From assembly GCF_006345805.1 (NCBI RefSeq), contig NC_043015.1:6634001-6698000 (forward strand): a DNA stretch of 64,000 nucleotides. The letters are read 5' to 3'. The notes beneath the pieces are model-generated. The model made no database searches, had not been told where the DNA came from, and saw only the letters and a list, made by a program, of their open reading frames with translations. The position numbers and the translations under genes were made by a program. This document shows, piece by piece, positions 54,861 to 64,000 of this stretch. This DNA comes from Octopus sinensis (taxonomy: Eukaryota). Positions within the stretch are counted from its first letter, which is position 1. Each line of letters starts with the position of its first letter.

Positions 54861-56515
54861 TACTTATGTGAGTGTATTCATGTGTGCATGTTGCAGAGTA
54901 TATATTCTCCTACTCATTATATATGCACAATTACACATAGAAATAGAAATGATCGGTTGTGAATGTCATAGGTAAAACAACTTGCTTAAACATTTAAATT
55001 GTATAGATATAACGATGTCTGCTTTTTGTTTATATTTGTTGGTAAATTAGAGCACAATCAATGACTAACAAAAGACTTTTTGTACCAGAAGTGAGCAATA
55101 TCTATAGCTTGAAGCGCATGCGTCTATTTTGGGCTTTTCTTTTCCTGCGCGTAATATCACTAATCGTGCAAACATAACACTTTTACTGCTTTTGTGATTT
55201 GCTTATTCTAATGTGTGGTGTTTATTTTTCTATGTACTATATAAGATGATATTTCTATATTGTACTTTTAGTGGTGTGATTTGGTTTATTACCGACAATA
55301 TTCCATTGTCAGTGCTGGAATGAAAGGGACTCGTTCGAAAACCTCACAAGTCAAAACCAGCTTTAATAGTAGTGAAATAAGAATTTGTATAATGTTTTCA
55401 AAATTTTCCTTATAAATTTAGTATAAATGTAGAGTCTCGATGATGGCCATGCGTTTGTACAGCATGTTCGTGCAGTTGAACTAAAGACATTTTGGCAAGT
55501 CTAATGAATGCAAATTAAATTTTTCTGCGCATCTGATGTTTTCCTAAAGGACCAGGATACCCTTAGACGCTTCTGTCAAAAGACAAACAGCTGGGACAAG
55601 TAGGCTGAGGAATTTCACCAGTCACTAAAGATTTCACTATTTCACCGCCTTTGGTTGATACCTTTGTTATCGACCCCGAAATGATGACAGGCATATTTCA
55701 TCTTAGTGGGGTCAGAATTCGGTGCGTAGACATGCTATCACACACCCGAACGATTCCATCAAATCTCCGCATTTAAATGTAGCAATATTTTAGTAATAAA
55801 TATACTGTTTTTGTTTTTTTTTTACATTTCATCAAAATATAGAAATATTTGCCTATATATCAGAATAACGTCAATTCCCACCTAACTTCGTGCAATACAT
55901 AATTAATATTACGATGTAAGAAACATTTTTCAAATTAAACATTTTTAATGAATGATTTCATTAATAACGATTTGAGTATAAATAACAAACTGGTAAAAAT
56001 TAAAAATTATTGAAACACTGTGTAGTGTTTTCTGCTGATTTTTATTCTCATCGCTAAAAACATTTTTTTTTTTTAAAGCCCAGCTCTAATCGGCCTATCA
56101 ATTTATTAAAAATTATATTACTGCATGAACTCATTCAGATAACATTCAGCAATCATAAATTAAGATGGTCATTAGGAGATAATATTTTCCTACGTACACA
56201 CTGTCTGAGCAGAAGGTAGATTGGTTTACGTTTAGTTCAAAAATATAATCAACATACACAACAATATTTACGCATATTATTTCAAAGCTAGAGATAATTT
56301 CTCTCTCAGGTTCCACTAGTCGCCACCATTTCTCTGTTTATAACTTATTAAATAAAATTATACGAGGTGTGATACAAATCTTTGTTCTTCGCGAAAATCA
56401 TATGTTGTAATCACGCAAGCAGTTTAACAGAATAAGTAAAGTAGTTTAACATGCTAAATTATGTGCAACCTTGCGCTGTTGCTTACTCAGAACCTGAGTA
56501 AATGCCGGCCGTACT

Positions 56516-57115
56516 TATTTCTTTACTACCCACAAGGGGCTAAACACAGAGAGGACAAACAAGGACAGACAAACGTATTAAGTCGATTACATCGACCCCA
56601 GTGCGTAACTGGTACTTATTTAATCGACCCCGAAAGGATGAAAGACAATGTCGACCTCGGCGGAATTTGAACTCAGGTCGTAACGGCAGACGAAATACCT
56701 ATTTCTTAATTACCCACAAGGGGCTAAACACAGAGAGGACAAACAAGGACAGAAAAACGTATTAAGTCGATTACATCGACCCCAGTGCGTAACTGGTACT
56801 TATTTAATCGACCCCGAAAGGATGAAAGACAATGTCGACCTCGGCGGAATTTGAACTCAGGACGTAACGGCAGACGAAATACCTATTTCTTAATTACCCA
56901 CAAGGGGCTAAACACAGAGAGGACAAACAAGGACAGACAAACGTATTAAGTCGATTACATCGACCCCAGTGCGTAACTGGTACTTCTTTAATCGATCCAG
57001 AAAGGATGAAAGGCAAAGTCGACCTCGGTGGAATTTGAACTCCAGGACGTAACGGCAGACGAAATACCGCTAAGCATTTCGCCCGGCGTGCTAACGTTTC
57101 TGCCAGCTCGCCACC
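56516..57115 (-). mobile_element. SINE family C, trimeric body (3 x 184 bp plus head)
   Basis: Units start at 56516, 56700 and 56884; a single head at about 57065-57115. Confidence 0.92.
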
Positions 57116-58458
57116 CGCGTACTACCTAATCAAAACCTAAATTATTTTGGACTTAGGCATGGCTATTTCAATTCAATTTTATATATCTTTCCATTGCTCA
57201 GTCAATGAAAAATGTCCCAAGTCCAAAAGATTTCCAAGGCTTCTACAGCAACCGTTAAAGATGAAATATGTTATCCTGAAACAAGAGTTGCGACCCTAGA
57301 TGCTGCTGTAAATAAGGGTCCGTTAGGCATAGCTTGAACTCGATGACATTGTGAAGGCTTTACACGTTAAAACTCAGAACTTGATAATCACATCTGTTCA
57401 CCTATTTGTATATTATTACCACAATGTTGGTTCATATTTATACTAATAAAAGTGCTTCATCCATGAATTTGAAGTGCATCGCTGCTATGTTTGTTGGTTA
57501 TGGAAAAGGATTGGATGGATGGCACGAAGTAGCAACAATCATCTTTCATATTGTGCATGAAAAGTCATTAAGGCAAAGTCATTAGTGGTACATCAATTGG
57601 CTTAAATCTAGTCAGCCTCATTGCTGCGGTAGTCTTCATTGCCGCGATAGTAACCGCTGTTTCTGCACTCGTATACATGTTTATCACCACCACCACCATC
57701 ATCATCATCATTATCATCATCATCAACAACAACACTTGCACGATGACCACCACCACGCTGCCACTACCGTATATAGTACCACTATTATCATTCCCGCCAC
57801 CAACCTAATCCTTATTAAAAACATCGCCATTATCATGATTTTAATCATTACTATCGTCGTCGACAGCCACGCCATTATCAGCACCACTACCACCACTGTT
57901 ACGAAGATCACCAGAGCCAACGGCCCCACCGACGCTACCAACACTTACTCTACCATCATCATCTGCAACGGCAGCCTGAACACCATCAGCATCATTTTAC
58001 CAGAGATAAGACGACAATGCAAATACAAACACACGCGTTTTTTTCCCATACCCGGCTGCTATCGGGAGAAAAAGAAAAAAGAAACCAAAACAATAATAAT
58101 AATAATAATACTAAATAAAGAACAGAAAAAAAAAGAAACCAGCGTTTGTTTGGCAATTAGGAGAGCCTATCTATAGGAGTGATGTAAACACATACTTTTC
58201 GAACAAAAACAAAAGAACGGATAGTGTTAACTCAGACACGAATCCATCCAACTGCTGTAGATGTGACTATTATACACACAGAGACAGGTGTTCCCTATCA
58301 GTAAACAAAATGAACGAGAACGCTTAATTTATTCTCAATACGTTTCCATTTCAGCAGCCTTTTTCTTCGCAACGATATAATTGCGTGGATACTTTTTTTG
58401 TTATAAGCCTATCTTTTCTCTTCCAGGCCGTGTTGGAAGTTAGTATTCCTTGTATTGC

Positions 58459-58502
<44 letters not shown>

Positions 58503-58678
58503 GTTTTCTCTTTCTTAAGTGGGGTGGGGAGTGCGCAGTGTTGTGCCAATGTGAGGTTGAGAAAAATTGTTTACAATAATTTACTTGGGTGATTGATCAA
58601 AGCGTGTGGGCATCATGAACAGGATATATCGCCTATATGTTACTTTCGTAAACACAGTTTACTGTAATATATTACTCT

Positions 58679-58723
<45 letters not shown>

Positions 58724-58787
58724 TTATCAATCTATCTTACCTCTCTATATATACATATATACACCTATATGGACACACATACATATA

Positions 58788-58996
58788 TATTTCTTTACTA
58801 TCCACAAGGGGCTAAACACAGAGGGTCAAACAAGGACAGACAAACGGATTAAGTCGATTACATCGATCCCAGTGCGTAACTGGTACTTAATTTATCGACT
58901 CCGAAAGGATGAAAGGCAAAGTCGACCTCGACGGAATTTGAACTCAGAACGTAACGGCAGACGAAATACGGCTACGCATTTCGCCCGGAGTGCTAA
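58788..58996 (-). mobile_element. SINE family C monomer, head slightly truncated
   Basis: Nearly identical to 16306-16536. Confidence 0.88.
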
Positions 58997-59132
58997 ACAC
59001 ACATACATATATGCATACAACCTCATACATTATATATATGTATATTCATTCACATAAATGTTTTCATATATATAACATATTTTTTGCACAAATATTCATA
59101 TACATATATACATATATAAATATAATATATAC

Positions 59133-59173
<41 letters not shown>

Positions 59174-59931
59174 CTGTGTGTTAACACGTACACATGGGCA
59201 CCCACATCGGTGGCGGAATTTTGGATAAGGTAGCGCATGCGACAGTCAGATATATCATATGAGGCTATCAAAATCTATTGATTGCTGTTCCCATGATAAT
59301 ATTGGAGCACAGAGTACTATCTTTCATTATACAGCTGTACGATACTACCAGCAAGATACTGGAATATTCACTGCATAATTTAGTCTCAATAAAACCTGTC
59401 TACAAATAGCGATTAATCAACCTACTTTAGTGAATATGTCTGTTTATAAATATAGTTTTAAGTATATATGTTGCAAATGCTGAATATGAAATATATAGTA
59501 TATATGACTCTTCGTATCAAACACCTCTTCAATCCATATTTTATGGTCATTGACGTGAACTCTAAGCTACTAAGCTGTGAGGTGCAGACTAATTTTTAAC
59601 AAAATTAAATCTTTTGGAAATGATTTCTACGATATATCAGCACTCGCTATGTTATTGTTCTGAAATTCAGACACTATTAAAATAAACACACGTGATTTTA
59701 ATATGATTTTGGAATTATTGAAAGTGAAAACATTAAATAACCTCGTTGACATTAACTGAAATCCATATATCAATACGTAGGCATATCAAACAGAAAAGTA
59801 ATGCTAAAGTTCATGAGCACAGCTGTGTGATACGATTCACACTTCAGGTGATGTGGCAAAACAAAATCTCTGTCACTATGTCGAATGAAAATCGAGTGAA
59901 ATGAATTTAACTCCAGAAAGCTCTTTGGAGG

Positions 59932-60060
59932 CACCGAGGTCGACTTTGCCCTTCAGTCTTTCAGAGTCAATAAATTAAGTACCAGTGTAATACTAGGATC
60001 TATTTAAACGACTAATCCCCTCCCACAAAATTTCAGACCATGTGCCTTTAGTGTAAGAAT
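59932..60060 (+). mobile_element. SINE family C 3' fragment (alternative tail)
   Basis: CCGAGGTCGACTTTGCCCTTCA..AAATTAAGTACCAG..CAAAATTTCAGACCATGTGCC. Confidence 0.7.
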
Positions 60061-60359
60061 GAATTCCGTTATGGAAATGCTTAACTAGAGTGATTCCTTT
60101 TCTTTAAATTATCTACTTGTTACTTAAACAAGTTCAAATTATTGTGTATATAACATCTCTCTCTCTCTCTCTTTCAATATTGTTTCTTGTGTTATGGGGC
60201 AATTACTAATATATATAAACATAACTGTTAGGTCGCGTATATTTAAGACTTTTCCAGTTCTCCGCATTGAAATTGTTAACAGTAACTCAATTATTCTACG
60301 GTATGCAAGGAATTATCTCCCTTTCTAAATCTGCTAAAACAGCTAAGTAATATTGCCAA

Positions 60360-60609
60360 GTGGAGGCGCGTGGCTTAGTGGTTAGGGTGTTGAACTCATG
60401 ATTGTAAAGTTGTGGTTTCGATTCCAGGACCGGGCGATGGGTCGTGTTCTTGAGCAAAAACACTTCATTTCACGTTGCTCCAGTCCACACAACTGGCAAA
60501 ATTGAGTAATCCTGAGAGTGACTGACGTCTCATCCAGGTGGGGGATTCGTACGCCACTGAAACCGGGAAACCGGCCCTTATGAGTCTGGCATGGCTCGAG
60601 AAGGAACAT
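60360..60609 (+). mobile_element. SINE family D (B-like tRNA head, CORE-like body, distinct 3' region)
   Basis: GTGGAGGCGCGTGGCTTAGTGGTTAGGG head, GGTTTCGATTCC B box, TTCTTGAGCAAAAACACTTCA CORE-like motif; TSD-like TAATATTGCC at 60348 and 60615. Confidence 0.8.
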
Positions 60610-60868
60610 ATTTTTAATATTGCCCTGTAATCCAGGTTTTAAATACTAATCACATTTAAGACCCAAAAATTGGGCAGATTTGTGTCTTATTGAGCTACAT
60701 TATCTCTCCCACAACTAATTTTCAACCTAAATCACTTGACACCTCTCGATTCATTCTTATTACCGTGTCTACTTGAACATTCTACGAGCAACATCATCGC
60801 TCGTCAGGCTACAAATAGCAGCCAAATGTCTCTCAAACTATTCACTGCCGCCTTTATATATATTTGAA

Positions 60869-61170
60869 CTAGCAGTATCGCCGGGCGTTGCTCGGGTTTG
60901 TAAGGGAAATAATTATATAAGATTATTTATAGAGAGTTACTTCCCTTATATAAACCGAGCGAAAATGCATTACAAATGCGGAAAAATTATGGTAATTTTT
61001 TTTTTGAATCGTAGACTCATCCGAGACGCGCGCTAATGCCCAGAAGGGCTCGATATGAATCACGACTATAAGATACCCGCTTTTGGTTAAACTGCACCGC
61101 AAAATGTGGGAGTAGTTAGGAATCTAAATCGTAGGAGACAGACACAAAACTTCACTTTTATATATAAAGA
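60869..61170 (-). mobile_element. Non-autonomous Helitron, same family as 26409
   Basis: Minus strand reads A|TCTTTATATATAAAAG...CCCGAGCAACGCCCGGCGATACTGCTAG|T; it lacks the internal duplication. Confidence 0.87.
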
Positions 61171-64000
61171 TATTCTTAAGTATATTACCTGATACTAAGA
61201 TGGATGGGATCATTACCGTCGAAGTATTTTGATCACAAGTCTACTTACTCTATGAAGGTTAACCGATGGCTAAACAACAACGTCTTTTTTACTTTGCTTC
61301 GAATGAGAAAACGAATATTAATAAAATTGTTAGCAATGTGACTCTGCTTCTTTTCTTTTTCATTGATGTAGCAAACACATTTATCAGTTAGATACGTAAC
61401 TGAAGAAGAAAAAAAGGAAAGAAAGGAAACACAGAAATCGATATGTAAATATCGATTGCTTAGATACAAACACACATTCTTGTGGCGTGGATTGCTTTGT
61501 CGCGCTGACTGAAGTAATTCCGGTATATATTACAGGGGATAATTTCATTGCCAGTTGAGAGATCAAATATAAGGAGATCAAAGGTCAACTTTCTCTTACT
61601 CAGTGTTTGAATTTAGAATACAGAGGGATGAAACAAAATACTGTAAGATATTTATTGTAGTTCTCTCTGGTTTCAATAATGTTTCGTTTTGAATAAATAA
61701 TCAAATGTTCAGTTATTTTAGCGACAAGGTAAGAATCATGACGTTTAATCATCAGAGTAATGGGATATGATATCATGAGAATTTTACTCTGTTAAATTGT
61801 GTTTGGTGGACTGACCGAGACAGGAATCTAAGTTCGAGACGATGGGGGTCTATCCGCATAACTCCAATAACTGTCAATAACTCACTTTCTCTTCTTAAAA
61901 ACATGGGCACATTGTTTAATGGAACTTCTATATACTAATAGCAAATCTATAACTTCGAGTCCGTACACGTGCTCTAATAGGGTTCTTTTGAAGTTAACCC
62001 CCTCCGCCACCCCATAAGCATCAACACCTTCTTCATCAACAACTACATTATCATCATCATCGTAGTCGTCATCGTTATTAGCAACTACAACAGCAATAAC
62101 TACAAACATAACTGCAAAGATAACAACATCGTGAACAAACACACACACACACACACTCACATTCAGTGACGTCGTCAAAGGAGTATATTCTTAGGGAGCT
62201 ATCTGGATATTGGGGTGCATGTTGAAAGCTTATAATCGCATTAAAAGCTGTTGTAAGTTTAGGAACATCTTAAAAGTTTCTGAAGTCGTCGATTGCTAGA
62301 AAACCCGTTGAAAGGAAATGGAAATGTTGAAAGCAAAAAGGCCAAGTTAAAGCAAAAGGCCAGATAAATGTAAAGATCTAGTTGAAAACTAGATAAACAT
62401 TAAGAGCTGAGGATTAAGTTTTAAGCAACGAAGTTCGTTGATATTTAGGGAGCAAATTAAGAGTAACAGAATATGCTGAAAGTTAGAAGGCAAATTAAAA
62501 ATTAGAAAACAAGTTTGAAAACAAGGCAGCATGATGCAGGGAAGAAAACAATTTCTCAAATTACTTCAGTGTGACGTGGCCTAGAATGTGTCATTGTTAC
62601 CATAGTATTGACATCAATTCGTAGATTCCTATTCTAGATTATAGCAATTTAACTTCTTCCGTTCACCCTTCAACTCGAGTATTTGCTACGGTGACAAAAG
62701 TCAGTGAAACCAGGTATTCCATCTTCTGTTCGAATATAACGATTCCTTATCCAGTTTTCTTAGATGGTATTCTCTAATACATTTTTACTGCTTCTTATAA
62801 GGGAACGTCATAATACTTCCATGACATGATTATTTCATTAATTTATCGGAAATAGATACTGAATTTTTTACGTAACCCAGTACAACACTGTAATGTTGAT
62901 GCTGTGAGCATCATAAGTCCACATGGTAATCTACCGAGGAAAAGCAATACTTGGAGATTCACTTCTATATGGAAAACATTCAACAGCAACACCTACGTTG
63001 TTTATGCTGTAGGAAATGGTTTCTTCTTCATAATAAGCCATTTTACACCTTCACTAAATAAGTAAACGATATTCACACCTATTTTAAAGACGCCATTATA
63101 AAAATTAAAAAGAAAATTTATTATTTATAATTTTTTCCTACATGTAATTACAACTAGTCAATGCACAGGTTTTTTTTTTGTTTGCTTCATTTATTTTTTG
63201 GAATGATTTCTTAATTGTTTTTCTTTTTAATTTATTTGCTTGATTATTTATATTTACAACTATGTTCTTGATTTTATTTTAGTCTACTTTCATCTATGAA
63301 AGAAAACGTGCATCATCGCCAAGAAGGAAAAAAAGGTCTATAGGTTTGTTACGTACTAGAAGTGAGAACACGAGAGATTTACATAACCACAAGTAAAAAT
63401 AAATAGGTATATAAATAACAAATAACGAAGAAAAAAATTAAATTTTTAAGTTTCACAGAAGAAATGTTGAAAGAACAAAAAATGAGCAAATTACAAAAAA
63501 AATAATAATATAAACAGAGAGAAATACAGATAATAAGAAAATAATCGTATAATGAAATATAAAAAATATATTCAAAAATATCTCTGAAGATTAGAGAATG
63601 AGAACAAGAGGGAAAAAAGGAAAAAAAAAAACGGAGGAATTCAGTGATCTGTTAATATCTCCTCCAGCCAGAAATATGCACCACTAGTCTAATGTCTAAT
63701 TAATCGAAACTTAGTGTGTAAGTGCCTATGCGTGTGTGAGTATACGACACAAATATATGTGTGTGTGTGTGTGTATATTTTTCCGCGTGTATATGTGTGT
63801 GTTATAGTGTATACGTGTGCTGTCACTTCATTTCATTTCTATTCTATCTTTAAAATTCTTTCTGTTTCCCCATCTCCCCTCCTCTACAGCACACCTTTCT
63901 GATAGTCTAATCAAAGTTTTCATCTTTACCCCTCTTTTCATCTTTCTTTCACATATTTTGCATATAATATATATATGTTTAAATATATATATAAATATAT

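Noticed and set aside
57568-58176. Thr/Ile/Val-rich ORFs (also 29067-29321 and 61882-62178)
   Set aside because: Degenerate trinucleotide (CAT/CAC/ACT) repeats that stay open on both strands, with no recognisable domain.
62180-62560. Possible CR1/L2-like RT relic on the minus strand
   Set aside because: Only one short motif-like stretch (QQLL..YK), which is insufficient evidence.

Overview
AT-rich, microsatellite-saturated animal DNA with no complete gene. The tRNA-derived SINE families and the density of (TA)n/(CA)n/(GATA)n tracts suggest a cephalopod, probably Octopus; this is inference. Almost all ORFs in the supplied track are translated microsatellites. The window contains four tRNA-headed SINE groups with swapped tails and clear TSDs, and a Meta-domain-like SINE found as a monomer, dimer and trimer with the same junction. 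It also contains three non-autonomous Helitrons, Tc1/pogo/MULE/piggyBac/hAT remnants and MITEs, an R4/Dong LINE 3' half and an RTE-like relic. Penelope-like element (PLE) pieces include a (TA)n-flanked copy with an open GIY-YIG endonuclease ORF followed by an intact-looking type I hammerhead ribozyme. Several fold-back elements sit inside (TA)n tracts. One good and two weaker minus-strand micro-exon candidates suggest the window lies in the giant introns of a minus-strand gene. I found no demonstrably new biological system. The best leads are the PLE hammerhead, the multimeric SINE and the modular SINE tails.
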